From assembly GCA_027593235.1 (NCBI GenBank), contig JAQCIU010000005.1, positions 70,129 to 134,128 of the forward strand: DNA of 64,000 nt. The letters are read 5' to 3'. This DNA comes from Chloroflexota bacterium. GTDB lineage: Bacteria; Chloroflexota; Dehalococcoidia; UBA2979. The notes below the pieces were generated by a model. It saw nothing but the letters and a program-made list of their open reading frames with translations, was not told the DNA's origin and ran no database searches. The position numbers and the translations under genes were made by a program. The first letter of the stretch is position 1. Every line of letters starts with the position of its first letter. Below, one piece after another: positions 49,614 to 59,283 of the stretch.

Positions 49614-50405
49614 ATGGACCTCGGACTCACCGGAAAAGTCGCGATCGTGACCGGCGGCAGCGACGGTATCGGCAAAGCTGCCGCCCGCGCGCTCGCCCGC
49701 GAGGGCGCTCGCGTCGCGATCTGCGCCCGCCGCCCCGACGTCCTCGAGGCCGCAGCCGCCGAACTCCGCGCGGAGACCGGCGGCGAGGTCATCGGCATCG
49801 TCTGCGACATGACGAAACAGGCGGAAGTGAAGGCCCTCGTCGCCGATGTCGTCGGCCGCTGGAGCCAGCTCGACATCCTCGTCAACAACGCCGGCACCTC
49901 GTCCGCGATGCCGGTGGAGTCGCTGGACGAGGAGGCGCTGAGCTACGACCTGCAGCTCAAGGTCTACGGCGCGGTCTACGCCTCGCAAGCCGCGATCCCG
50001 CACATGAAGGCGCTCGGAAGCGGTCGCATCATCAACATCACCACGGGCGGCGGAAAGGCGCCGGGCGCCAGTTCGCTGCCCACCTCGCTCTCCCGCGCCG
50101 CCGGGATCGCGCTCACGAAGGCGATGTCGCGTGACCTCGCGCCCGCCAACATCCTCGTGAATACCGTTTGTATCGGCCTGATCAAGGCCGGACAGCACGA
50201 GCGCCGCGTCGAGGCGATGCAGGACACCAACCCCGCGCTCACCCTCGATGACCACTACGAGAACATGAGCGGCCGCGTCCCGTTGGGCCGCGTCGGTGAA
50301 GCGCAGGAAGCCGGCGACGTGATCTGCTTCCTCGCCTCGGAGCGCGCGAGCTACGTCACCGGTGCCTCGATCAACGTCGATGGCGGTGTCGCGCCAGTCG
50401 TGTAA
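49614..50405 (+). CDS. Short-chain dehydrogenase/reductase
   Basis: TGGSDGIG, NNAG and VDGG. Confidence 0.9.
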   Translation: MDLGLTGKVAIVTGGSDGIGKAAARALAREGARVAICARRPDVLEAAAAELRAETGGEVIGIVCDMTKQAEVKALVADVVGRWSQLDILVNNAGTSSAMPVESLDEEALSYDLQLKVYGAVYASQAAIPHMKALGSGRIINITTGGGKAPGASSLPTSLSRAAGIALTKAMSRDLAPANILVNTVCIGLIKAGQHERRVEAMQDTNPALTLDDHYENMSGRVPLGRVGEAQEAGDVICFLASERASYVTGASINVDGGVAPVV

Positions 50406-50420
50406 CGACTTACTGCCACC

Positions 50421-50686
50421 AGTTGGTGCGAGTACCGAGGCTCCCACCAGCTGTGGGGGCGGCGACGCTTCCCGGGTGAGTTGTGTAACGACACGCTCGT
50501 ATTAGGGGTTCGTCGCTTCGCCAGAATCTTCCAAATCTGGGCACCGTAGAACGCGATTTGACTAATACCCGCAGATTCTCAGAAACCGAATCTCCCAATT
50601 CTGGCGATAGTGCACCAACTCACTCGTTGATGCTGTCGAGCTCCACCGCGATGTTCCTTCAGGCCCCCACACGAGCCTCCGAGGAG
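50421..50686 (+). ncRNA. Candidate structured RNA (5' leader or sRNA) upstream of the tetrapyrrole operon
   Basis: Five nested complementary segments of 6-11 bp, one crossing 7-bp pair and one alternative 9-bp pair; ends beside the RBS GAGGAG. Confidence 0.5.
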
Positions 50687-50692
50687 TCGTCG

Positions 50693-51703
50693 ATGCGCTA
50701 TCGCACCATCGCCGGAACAGACCTCTCCGTCTCCGAAATCGGATTCGGCGTCTGGACCCTGACCGCAGGCTGGTGGGGCGATCATTCGGACGAGGACGCC
50801 GCCTCGATGCTCCGCGACGCGACCGACCTCGGCATCAACTTCATCGACACCGCCGACACCTACGGCCAGGGACGCGGCGAACGGATGATCGCCACCGCGT
50901 TTCCCGGCGCCGAACGCGACAAGATCGTTTTGAGCACCAAGTTTGGCTACGACTGGGAATCGGTGGACCGCTCGGCGAAGAATCACCAGCCGGCGCAGCA
51001 CTGCTTCGAACCAGACTTCGTCGAGCGCGCGTTGCACAACTCGCTCGACCGCATGGGCACCGATCACATCGACCTCTGGCAACTCCACAACGTGCGCATG
51101 GAACACCTCCAGCGCGATGACCTCTGGACGCTGATCGACCGCGTCCGCACCGAGGGCAAAGTCCGCTCGGTCGGCGTCGCGCTCGGGCCGGCTATCGGGT
51201 GGCTCGACGAGGGCGTCTACGCGATGGAGCACCTGCCGATCCAGGTGGTCCACATGATCTACAACGCCCTCGAGCTGGATCCCGGCCGCACCCTCATCGA
51301 GACCGCGCGCCGCACCAACAAGTCACTGCTCACCCGCGTCCCGCACTCCTCGGGGATGCTCGAGGGCAAGTACACGCTGGACACCACCTTCGCCGCGGAC
51401 GATCACCGCAAGCACCGTCCGCGCGCCTGGCTCGTCAACGGCCTCAAGAAGATCGAGCAACTCGACTTCCTCACGGCCTCAGGTGAACGGACGCTCGGCC
51501 AGGCGGCGCTCCGCTACGTGCTGCGTGAGCCCGAGGTCGTCAGCGCGCTACCCAACATCTACGACCGCGATCAACTCGCGGAGTTCGCAGCCGCCTCGGA
51601 TGTCCCCGACGTCAGCGACGACGAGGCGGCCCGCATCGAGACGCTCTTCACCGCGAACTACGGGCTCGCCGTCGAGCGCGAGGCAGGACTGGCAACCCGA
51701 TGA
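50693..51703 (+). CDS. Aldo/keto reductase (first gene of the tetrapyrrole operon)
   Basis: IGFG, DTADTYG, STKFG and QLHN. RBS GAGGAG at 50681-50686; ATGA overlap with the next gene. Confidence 0.9.
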   Translation: MRYRTIAGTDLSVSEIGFGVWTLTAGWWGDHSDEDAASMLRDATDLGINFIDTADTYGQGRGERMIATAFPGAERDKIVLSTKFGYDWESVDRSAKNHQPAQHCFEPDFVERALHNSLDRMGTDHIDLWQLHNVRMEHLQRDDLWTLIDRVRTEGKVRSVGVALGPAIGWLDEGVYAMEHLPIQVVHMIYNALELDPGRTLIETARRTNKSLLTRVPHSSGMLEGKYTLDTTFAADDHRKHRPRAWLVNGLKKIEQLDFLTASGERTLGQAALRYVLREPEVVSALPNIYDRDQLAEFAAASDVPDVSDDEAARIETLFTANYGLAVEREAGLATR

Positions 51704-52560
51704 CCCAACGCCCGCCCGCCTCCGTCAACGGATCCAGCGGCCACGCCGGCGGCCCACCCGCGTGGGTGACGGCCGCCGCCAACGCCCCGCGCCGGCCACA
51801 GTCGCCGCACGGCAAACAGTTCGTGAAGTTCAGCTTCTTCAAGATCCGCGACGACGTGCGCGCCCTCAAGCGAAAGAAGCGCCAGGCCCTCGGCGACCAG
51901 CTCTCGCAGCTCCTCGTCAGCTCCAACGAGCGGATGCTGACCCGCGTCTACTCCACGCTCGGCTCGCGCGGCGACACCGACTTCCTGATCTGGCAGGTCG
52001 CGGACAACCTCGATGTCATCATGGACTGGCAGGCCGAGCTGCTCGACACGAAGCTCGGCTGGGCGCTGGAGCGCCCGCATTCGTTCCTCTCGATGACGAT
52101 GCGGTCGCAGTACCAGAACCAGTACACGCCCGGTGCGGAGCACCGCGATCGTTTCCGCGCGGACGGCGGCACCAACGACTGGCTGTTCGTCTACCCGATG
52201 GCGAAGACGAAGGACTGGTACCAGTCCTCGGCGACGCGGCGGAACAAGGCGATGGCCGAGCACATCGCGGTCGGCCACGCCTACCCCGAGATCAAGATCA
52301 ACACGACCTACTCCTACGGCCTCGATGACCAGGAGTTTGTCGTCGCCTTCGAGGGTGACTCGCCCGGGCAGTTCCTCGCCCTGGTCAAGGACCTGCGGGC
52401 CTCTGACTCCACCTCCTTCACCGAGTTCGATACGCCGATGTTCACCTGCAGGCGGATGGAGATCGGCGAGCTGATCGACCAGGTCGGCCTCGGTGCCGGC
52501 GTCCGCGCGCGCGAACAGGCGCCCGCTGTCGCCGCGCCCACCAGGGCGGCGCACGCATGA
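51700..52560 (+). CDS. chdC: Coproheme decarboxylase-like protein (ChdC/HemQ, chlorite dismutase superfamily)
   Basis: ChdC-type YPMAK motif, WY, proximal His in EHIAVG, and YSYGLDDQEFVVAFE. Confidence 0.78.
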   Translation: MTQRPPASVNGSSGHAGGPPAWVTAAANAPRRPQSPHGKQFVKFSFFKIRDDVRALKRKKRQALGDQLSQLLVSSNERMLTRVYSTLGSRGDTDFLIWQVADNLDVIMDWQAELLDTKLGWALERPHSFLSMTMRSQYQNQYTPGAEHRDRFRADGGTNDWLFVYPMAKTKDWYQSSATRRNKAMAEHIAVGHAYPEIKINTTYSYGLDDQEFVVAFEGDSPGQFLALVKDLRASDSTSFTEFDTPMFTCRRMEIGELIDQVGLGAGVRAREQAPAVAAPTRAAHA

Positions 52561-53711
52561 CCACCACCGCCACCGTCCCCGTCACTATCGACGACCCGAT
52601 CAACGTCGCGATCCTCCAGGTCTCCGAGGACCGCCTGCAGGGCTTCCAGCGCGATCCGTTCGCTGCGGTAGCGAGCCAGTCCGGTGTCGCGCTGCCGGTG
52701 GTCCTCGAACGTGTCCGCGCGATGCTCGAGGCGGGCACGATCCGTCGGGTCCGCCAGACAATGATCACGACCAGCCTCGCGACCGGTTCGCTCGTCGCCT
52801 GGCAGGTTCCGGAGGATCGGCTCACCGAGGCGTTCGACTACCTCTTCCAACAGGATCCGTTCTCCGGGCACGTCGTGATCCGCACGACCGACTCCGCGAC
52901 CGCTGGCTCCCGCTACCGTCTCTGGACCACGCTCAAGGTTCCGCCCCAGTTCTCCATCGACGCGCACGCGCACTACCTCGGCGATCAGATCGGCGCGGAG
53001 ACGTTCCGCCTGATGCCGGCCAAGAAGCTCTTCGCCCTCGGTGTCGGACACACCCGCCGCCGCACGCTCGAGCCCGGGGCCCGCTCCGCGGACCTCGGAC
53101 GCGTGATCGACACGGACGTCATCCCGCTCAGCGACCGCGAATTGGTCGTGATGGAGGCGCTCAAGCGCGAGTTCGCGCCGGCCGAACTGACCGAGGATCT
53201 CTGGGCGCCCCGCGCCGCCGAGGCCGGCGTGCCCCTCGAGGAGTTCACCGCCACCGCTGACGCCCTGCAGGCGAAGGGCGTCGTCGGGCGCTTCTCGACC
53301 TTCCTCGAACACGTGAAGCCGGTCGCTGGTGGCCAGCGCGTCACGCGCTACAACGCGCTCTTCCACTGGGCCGTCCCGGCGGGCCGGGAACTCGAGGCCG
53401 GACGCGAGGTCGGACGCCACGAGATCATGACGCACGCCTACTGGCGCGAGGGCGGCCCCGAGTTCCGAAACGTGAACGTCATGGGCGTCGCGCATGGTAC
53501 CGACAAGGATCTGGTCCTTGCCCACAAGGCCGCCATCGACACGCACCTCGAAGAGGCTGGGATCTCGATCGGTTACACGAACGTCTTCTGGGGCGGTCGC
53601 AGCGAGATCAAACCATCCGAGATTTCACCGCTCGCGTACATGCGCTGGTGTGATTCCGTCGGCATCGACCCCGACTCGATGCGCGTTGATGCAGGGAAAG
53701 CGGGCGCCTGA
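52557..53711 (+). CDS. Fused AhbA/AhbB (NirDL-like) siroheme decarboxylase, Lrp/AsnC fold
   Basis: Two Lrp-like repeats. The second has THAYWR (HxYxR); the first has degenerate GHVVIR. Operon context agrees. Confidence 0.68.
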   Translation: MTTTATVPVTIDDPINVAILQVSEDRLQGFQRDPFAAVASQSGVALPVVLERVRAMLEAGTIRRVRQTMITTSLATGSLVAWQVPEDRLTEAFDYLFQQDPFSGHVVIRTTDSATAGSRYRLWTTLKVPPQFSIDAHAHYLGDQIGAETFRLMPAKKLFALGVGHTRRRTLEPGARSADLGRVIDTDVIPLSDRELVVMEALKREFAPAELTEDLWAPRAAEAGVPLEEFTATADALQAKGVVGRFSTFLEHVKPVAGGQRVTRYNALFHWAVPAGRELEAGREVGRHEIMTHAYWREGGPEFRNVNVMGVAHGTDKDLVLAHKAAIDTHLEEAGISIGYTNVFWGGRSEIKPSEISPLAYMRWCDSVGIDPDSMRVDAGKAGA

Positions 53712-54484
53712 TGGGTTACTACGCCGTGTTCTGGGAGATGGGCGATCGGCCCGTGCTCCTCGTCGGTGGCGGTCACGTCGCTGACGAAAAAGTGCACAAG
53801 CTCGTCGACGCCGGCGCGCGCGTCACCATCGTCGCGCCCGCGCTGATCCCCGCGGTGAAGCAATACGTCGACGACGGTCGCGCCGCCTGGATCGAGCGTC
53901 CCTTCGCCCCCGGCGACACCGACGGCTATGAGGTCGTCATGGTCGCCACCGACGACGGCGCCGTGAACAAGCAAGTCGCCGACGAGGCCCGCGCGCGCGG
54001 CATCTGGGTGAACGCCGCGGACGACGTCGCCAACTGCGACTTCATCCTCCCCTCCCTCGCGAAGCGTGGAAAAATCGCCATCGCAACCTCCACCGGTGGC
54101 AGCAGCCCCGCGCTCGCGCGCTGGCTCCGCGAGCGGATGGAAGAGTTCCTCTCCGAGGACGTCGAACTGCTTGGCGATCTGCTCGCCGAAGTGCGCGTGC
54201 TCGCCCGCCAGCGCGACCGTGAATGCGCCGGCGGTTGCGAGCTGGTCAACACGCCACCCCCGCTCCTCTGCAAGCAGTGTCCCAACCGCATCGCCGCCGA
54301 CACCTGGCAGACAGCGATCGACGAACCGCTCCAGAACCTGCTCCGCGCCGGCGACTACGAGGGCGCGAAGCGACGGCTGATCCACGCGCTCGGCATCGAC
54401 CAGCCGTTGAAGTCACGTGCCACCCCGGCATCGGCAGTCGGGTCGCCTCAGGAGACCGCGGTGGCCGCGGTCGCTGGAGACTAG
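53711..54484 (+). CDS. Precorrin-2 dehydrogenase/ferrochelatase (SirC/Met8/CysG-N type)
   Basis: LVGGGHVA, VNAADD, CDFILP and STGGSSPALA. Confidence 0.88.
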   Translation: MGYYAVFWEMGDRPVLLVGGGHVADEKVHKLVDAGARVTIVAPALIPAVKQYVDDGRAAWIERPFAPGDTDGYEVVMVATDDGAVNKQVADEARARGIWVNAADDVANCDFILPSLAKRGKIAIATSTGGSSPALARWLRERMEEFLSEDVELLGDLLAEVRVLARQRDRECAGGCELVNTPPPLLCKQCPNRIAADTWQTAIDEPLQNLLRAGDYEGAKRRLIHALGIDQPLKSRATPASAVGSPQETAVAAVAGD

Positions 54485-54486
54485 CG

Positions 54487-55782
54487 ATGCTGACCCTCGC
54501 CACGATGAGTCACCACACCGCTCCGATCGCGGTCCGCGAACGGATCGCGATCCCCGCCGATGCGTTGGACGCCGCCACTGCGCGCGCGCAGGTCCAGCTC
54601 GGGCCCTCCGCCATCCTTTCGACCTGCAACCGCTTCGAGTTGTACGTCTCTGGTGACCACGACCCCGCCCGCCTGCTCGCATTCATCGCCGCCGAAACCG
54701 GCGCCGACGAGACCGCCGTCCAGCGGCACTTCGCGGTGCACCGCGACACCGAGGCCGTCCGGCACCTCTACCGTGTCGCTTCCGGCATCGAATCGCTGGT
54801 CCTCGGTGAGTTCGAAATCATGGGCCAGCTCCGCGGCGCCTTCTCCGTTGCCGCCGGCGCGGGGATGGAGGACGCGATCCTCGTCCACGTCATGCACGGC
54901 GCGATCCGCGCCGGTCGCCGCGCGCGCCACGAAACCGCGATCGGCCACCACGCCATGTCCGTCTCCTCGATCGCCGCGCGCCAGGCACGTGACCTGCACC
55001 CGCGCATCGCCGATGCACGCGTGTTGGTGATCGGCGCCGGCGAAGCCGGCCGCCTTACCGCCGAGGCGCTCGTCGATCAGGGTGTCACCCACGTCACCGT
55101 CACCAACCGCACCTTCGCCCGCGCCGAATCGCTCGCCGCGGAACTTGGCGGGCGCGCCGTCCCCTTCGAGGATCTGCCCGCCGCGATCGCCACCGACGAC
55201 ATCGTCGTTGCCGCCTCCGGTGCCCCCGGCACGCTTGTCGATCTCGAGCTGATGCGCGCCGCGGTCGAACGCCGCGAGGGTGCTCCATTGATCGCGATCG
55301 ACATCGGCATGCCACGCGATTTCGATCCCGCGATCGCGAGCTTGCCCGGCGTCTCCTACTACGACATGGAGGGGCTGCAGGAGATCGCCGCCGCCAATGG
55401 CCGCGCCCGCGCCGAGGAACTCCCGGCCGTCGAGGCCGTGCTCGCCGAGGAGATCGCTGACTTCGTCGCCTGGTGCGAACGCCTCCGGACAAAGCCAACC
55501 ATCGCCTCGCTCACCAGCCACGCCGAGGAGATTCGCATCGCCGCCGTCGAGAAATCGCTGCGCCGACTCCCCGCCGACGATGATCTCCGCCGCGAGGTCG
55601 ACGCCCTCACGCGCACCATCGTGAAACGCCTGCTGCACGACCCGATCACCACGCTCCGCAATCGCGGCGACCGCGAGCAGCACTACATCGAGGCGGTGCG
55701 CACCCTCTTCCAGCTCGATGGCGAGGCCGCGGTTCCGTCCTTCAGCGAAGACGCCCCGCACGACAGCGACGCCGCCGGCTGA
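54487..55782 (+). CDS. hemA: Glutamyl-tRNA reductase
   Basis: HHTAPIAVRE, STCNRFE, GEFEIMGQ, IGAGE, NRT and DIGMPRD. Confidence 0.95.
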   Translation: MLTLATMSHHTAPIAVRERIAIPADALDAATARAQVQLGPSAILSTCNRFELYVSGDHDPARLLAFIAAETGADETAVQRHFAVHRDTEAVRHLYRVASGIESLVLGEFEIMGQLRGAFSVAAGAGMEDAILVHVMHGAIRAGRRARHETAIGHHAMSVSSIAARQARDLHPRIADARVLVIGAGEAGRLTAEALVDQGVTHVTVTNRTFARAESLAAELGGRAVPFEDLPAAIATDDIVVAASGAPGTLVDLELMRAAVERREGAPLIAIDIGMPRDFDPAIASLPGVSYYDMEGLQEIAAANGRARAEELPAVEAVLAEEIADFVAWCERLRTKPTIASLTSHAEEIRIAAVEKSLRRLPADDDLRREVDALTRTIVKRLLHDPITTLRNRGDREQHYIEAVRTLFQLDGEAAVPSFSEDAPHDSDAAG

Positions 55783-56690
55783 TGCCCGTCCTCCGCATCG
55801 CGACCCGCGGCTCGCGACTTGCCCTCGTCCAGGCCCACTTCGTGGCCGACGCCCTGCGCGCCGCGCATGACCGCGTCACGATCGAGGTGATCGAAATCAG
55901 CACCGAGGGCGATCGCGATCGCGCCACTCCGCTCAGCGTGCTCGGCGGACGTGGCGTTTTCGTAAAGGCCGTCGAGGAGGCGCTGCTCGACGGCCGCGCC
56001 GACGTCGCCGTCCATTCTCTGAAAGACGTTCCCACCGAGGACGTCGCGGGGCTCACGATCGCGGCGGTCCCCCTTCGCGCTGACCCGCGCGATGTGCTGG
56101 TCGCCTCGGAAGGTCGTCCGCTCGCCGCGCTCCCCGCTGGCGCGCGCGTCGGCACCAGCTCGCGCCGCCGTGCCGCGCTGGTCCGCGCCATCCGACCCGA
56201 CCTCGAACTCGCCGAAATCCGTGGCAACGTCGACACCCGACTCGCGCACGTCGCCAGCGGCGCCTACGACGGCGCGATCCTCGCCGCCGCTGGCCTCGAT
56301 CGCCTCGGCCGGCTCGGCGAAGCGACCCAGCTCTTCGACGCGCGCGAGTTCCTGCCCGCTCCGGGACAGGGCGCACTCGGCATCCAGTGCCGCAGCGACG
56401 ACGCCACCACGCTCGCGGCGCTCGCCGCCCTCGATCACCCCGACACGCACGCCGCCGCCGCCGCCGAACGCGGCTTCCTGCGGGCGCTCGGCGCCGGCTG
56501 CACGCTCCCCGTCGGCGCCTACGCGACCGTCGAGGACGGCCTGCTCTCGCTGCGCGGCATGCTCGCCGACGATGACGGCGGCCTGCCCCACTTCGGAGAC
56601 GCCACCGGCCGCGCCACGGACGGCCCCGCGATTGGTCGCGCCCTCGCCGAGCAACTCCACGCCGGGGTCGCAACGGCGGATACCCCGTGA
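55782..56690 (+). CDS. hemC: Hydroxymethylbilane synthase
   Basis: ATRGSRLA, VHSLKD, GTSSRRR, RGNVDTR, PAPGQG and GCTLP. Confidence 0.96.
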   Translation: MPVLRIATRGSRLALVQAHFVADALRAAHDRVTIEVIEISTEGDRDRATPLSVLGGRGVFVKAVEEALLDGRADVAVHSLKDVPTEDVAGLTIAAVPLRADPRDVLVASEGRPLAALPAGARVGTSSRRRAALVRAIRPDLELAEIRGNVDTRLAHVASGAYDGAILAAAGLDRLGRLGEATQLFDAREFLPAPGQGALGIQCRSDDATTLAALAALDHPDTHAAAAAERGFLRALGAGCTLPVGAYATVEDGLLSLRGMLADDDGGLPHFGDATGRATDGPAIGRALAEQLHAGVATADTP

Positions 56691-58276
56691 GCGACACCCT
56701 GCTCGGACACGTCTGGCTCGTCGGCGCCGGCCCCGGCGATCCCGGCTGGATCACCCACGCCGGCCTCGAGGCCCTGCGCAATGCCGAGGTGGTTGTCTAC
56801 GACCGCCTCGCGCCCGCTGAGCTGCTGAGCGACGCGCCCGCTGGCGCGCTCCTCGTCAACGCCGGCAAGGAGCCAACCCGCCACGCGATGACCCAGGACG
56901 AAATCAACGCCTGCCTCGTCGAGCATGGTCGCGCAGGCAAGCGCGTCGTCCGGCTCAAGGGTGGCGATCCGTACGTTTTCGGTCGTGGCGGCGAGGAAGC
57001 AGTCGCGCTCCGTCAGGCCGGCGTCCCATGCACCGTCATCCCCGGCATCACCTCGGCGATCGCCGGACTCGCCGCTGCTGGCATCCCGATCACCCACCGC
57101 GGCGTTGCCGTCTCGTTCGCAGTCGTCACCGGCCACGAGGATCCGACGAAGCCCGCAGAACAGGCCAACTGGCACCGTCTCGCCACCGCCGTCGACACCC
57201 TCGTCGTGCTGATGGGCGTCGGTCGCCTCGACGCGATCACGCAGGCGCTGATCGCTGGTGGTCGCGATCCAGCGTCCCCGGCCGCGTTGATCCAGGAGGC
57301 CGCGACCACCCGCCAGCGCGTCGTCACCGCCCCACTCTCCGCCATCGCTGCCGCCGCACGTGAGCATGACGTCCAGTCGCCCGCGCTCTTCGTCGTCGGC
57401 GACGTCGTGGCGCTCCGCGACCAGCTCGACCCGGCTGGCCTCGGTCCACTCGCCGGCAAACGCGTGCTCGTCACGCGTACCCGTGCACAGGCCTCCACCC
57501 TCGTCGAGCAGCTCAAACTCCAGGGCGCGCGGCCGCTCGTGCTGCCCGCCATCGAGGTCCAGCACCGCGCCGAGCCCGCGGAAGTCGCCCGCGCCGCCCT
57601 TTCGCTCCGCGCGGGTGATGTCGAATGGGTCGCCTTCACCTCCGCGATCGCTGTCCGTGTCTTCCTCGATCTGCTCGCCGACTCCCAGACCGACGCGCGC
57701 GCCTTCGCCGGCGCGAAGATCTGCGCGCTCGGCGACGCCACCGCCGCCGCCCTCGCCGAGCGCGGCCTGATCGCAGACCTCGTACCGACCGAGGCGACCG
57801 GCGCAGCCGCCGCCTCCGCGATGATCGATGCCTTCGAGGCAACCGGACTGACCGCGGCGCGGGTGCTGCTGCCGCGTGCCGAAGGCGCGGACCCCGCGCT
57901 CCCCACGGCCCTCACCGCCGCCGGCGCGACCGTCACCGAGGTCACCCTCTATCTCTCCGGGCCGCCGTCCTCCGTGCCGGACACGCTCCTCAACGAAGTC
58001 CGCGCCGGCGTTGATGTCGCCACCTTTACGTCGTCCTCGACCGTGAGGAACCTCGCGACACTGCTCGGCGATCTCTCCTCGCTCCAGGGCGCAACAATCG
58101 CCTGCATCGGGCCGACCACCGCCGCGACGGCCCGCGAACTCGGCCTCGAACCGGACGTCATCGCCACCGACCACTCGGTCCCTGGACTGATCGCGGCGCT
58201 ACGCGATCATCTCTGGCTGCAACAATCGATCCACGCACCGACCGCAGGGACCGCAAGAACGGAGCAAGCCTCGTGA
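56687..58276 (+). CDS. cobA: Uroporphyrinogen-III methyltransferase / uroporphyrinogen-III synthase fusion (CobA-HemD)
   Basis: GAGPGD and RLKGGDP in the N-half; LVTR, FTSSS and CIGPTT in the C-half. Confidence 0.93.
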   Translation: MSDTLLGHVWLVGAGPGDPGWITHAGLEALRNAEVVVYDRLAPAELLSDAPAGALLVNAGKEPTRHAMTQDEINACLVEHGRAGKRVVRLKGGDPYVFGRGGEEAVALRQAGVPCTVIPGITSAIAGLAAAGIPITHRGVAVSFAVVTGHEDPTKPAEQANWHRLATAVDTLVVLMGVGRLDAITQALIAGGRDPASPAALIQEAATTRQRVVTAPLSAIAAAAREHDVQSPALFVVGDVVALRDQLDPAGLGPLAGKRVLVTRTRAQASTLVEQLKLQGARPLVLPAIEVQHRAEPAEVARAALSLRAGDVEWVAFTSAIAVRVFLDLLADSQTDARAFAGAKICALGDATAAALAERGLIADLVPTEATGAAAASAMIDAFEATGLTAARVLLPRAEGADPALPTALTAAGATVTEVTLYLSGPPSSVPDTLLNEVRAGVDVATFTSSSTVRNLATLLGDLSSLQGATIACIGPTTAATARELGLEPDVIATDHSVPGLIAALRDHLWLQQSIHAPTAGTARTEQAS

Positions 58277-59283
58277 TTGCCGATCTGGAACGTCGCACCG
58301 CCACCGGGGGCTTCACCCGCACTCGTCGAACACGGCGCACCGCCGCCCTGCGCGGGCTCGTCCGCGAGACCCGCCTCGATCCGTCATCGTTCGTCTACCC
58401 GCTGTTCATCACCCACGGCAGCGGCGTGCGCGAACCGATCAGCTCCATGCCCGGCCAGTTCCGACTCTCCGTCGACCAACTGGCGCCCGAAGCCCGCGAA
58501 CTCCGCTCGGTCGGCGTCCGCGCCGTGCTGCTCTTCGGCCTGCCCGCCTTCAAGGACCCCGTCGGCTCCGAGGGCTACGCCGCTGACGGGATCGTCCAGC
58601 AGGCGATCCGTGCGCTCAAGAACGCCGACCCGGATCTCGCGGTGATCGCGGACGTCTGCCTCTGCGAGTACACCGATCACGGCCACTGTGGCGTACTCAG
58701 CGCGACCGGCGACGTGCTCAACGACGAAAGCCTGCCGCTCCTGTCCCAGATGGCCGTCACCTGCGCCGAAGCCGGCGCGGACATCGTCGCGCCGTCCGAC
58801 ATGATGGACGGCCGGGTCGGCGCCATCCGCGAGGCGCTCGATGACAGCGGTCTCCCGGAGACCGCAATCATGGCCTACAGCGCCAAGTACTCCTCGGCGT
58901 TCTACGGTCCGTTCCGTGAGGCGGCTGACTCCGCTCCGCAGTTCGGCGACCGTCGCGGCTACCAGATGGATCCCGCCAACGCGCGTGAGGCACTCCGCGA
59001 GGTCGACGCCGACGAAGCGGAGCACGCCGACATCACGATGGTGAAACCAGCGCTCGCCTACCTCGACGTCATCCGCCAGGTGCGCGACCGCACGGACCTG
59101 CCACTCGCCGCCTACAACGTCTCGGGCGAGTACTCGATGCTCAAGGCCGCGATCGCGAACGGCTGGCTGGACGAGGAGCGCGTCATCCTCGAGACCCTCA
59201 CGTCGATCCGCCGCGCCGGCGCCGACATCCTCATCACCTACCACGCGAAAGAAGCGGCGAAGTGGCTGGCGAACAATGGCTAA
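58273..59283 (+). CDS. hemB: Porphobilinogen synthase (Zn-type)
   Basis: [29 protein letters not shown] and MVKP. Confidence 0.97.
   Translation: MIADLERRTATGGFTRTRRTRRTAALRGLVRETRLDPSSFVYPLFITHGSGVREPISSMPGQFRLSVDQLAPEARELRSVGVRAVLLFGLPAFKDPVGSEGYAADGIVQQAIRALKNADPDLAVIADVCLCEYTDHGHCGVLSATGDVLNDESLPLLSQMAVTCAEAGADIVAPSDMMDGRVGAIREALDDSGLPETAIMAYSAKYSSAFYGPFREAADSAPQFGDRRGYQMDPANAREALREVDADEAEHADITMVKPALAYLDVIRQVRDRTDLPLAAYNVSGEYSMLKAAIANGWLDEERVILETLTSIRRAGADILITYHAKEAAKWLANNG

Noticed and set aside
50421-50686. tmRNA, SRP RNA, RNase P RNA or cobalamin/lysine riboswitch identity for the leader
   Set aside because: No tRNA-like ends, SRP helix-8 motif, GAGGAAAGUCC or B12-box were recognised by eye. 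An Rfam scan is still needed.
50558-50692. 45-aa N-terminal extension of the AKR from a TTG start
   Set aside because: AKR homology begins at ATG 50693, which has a strong GAGGAG RBS.
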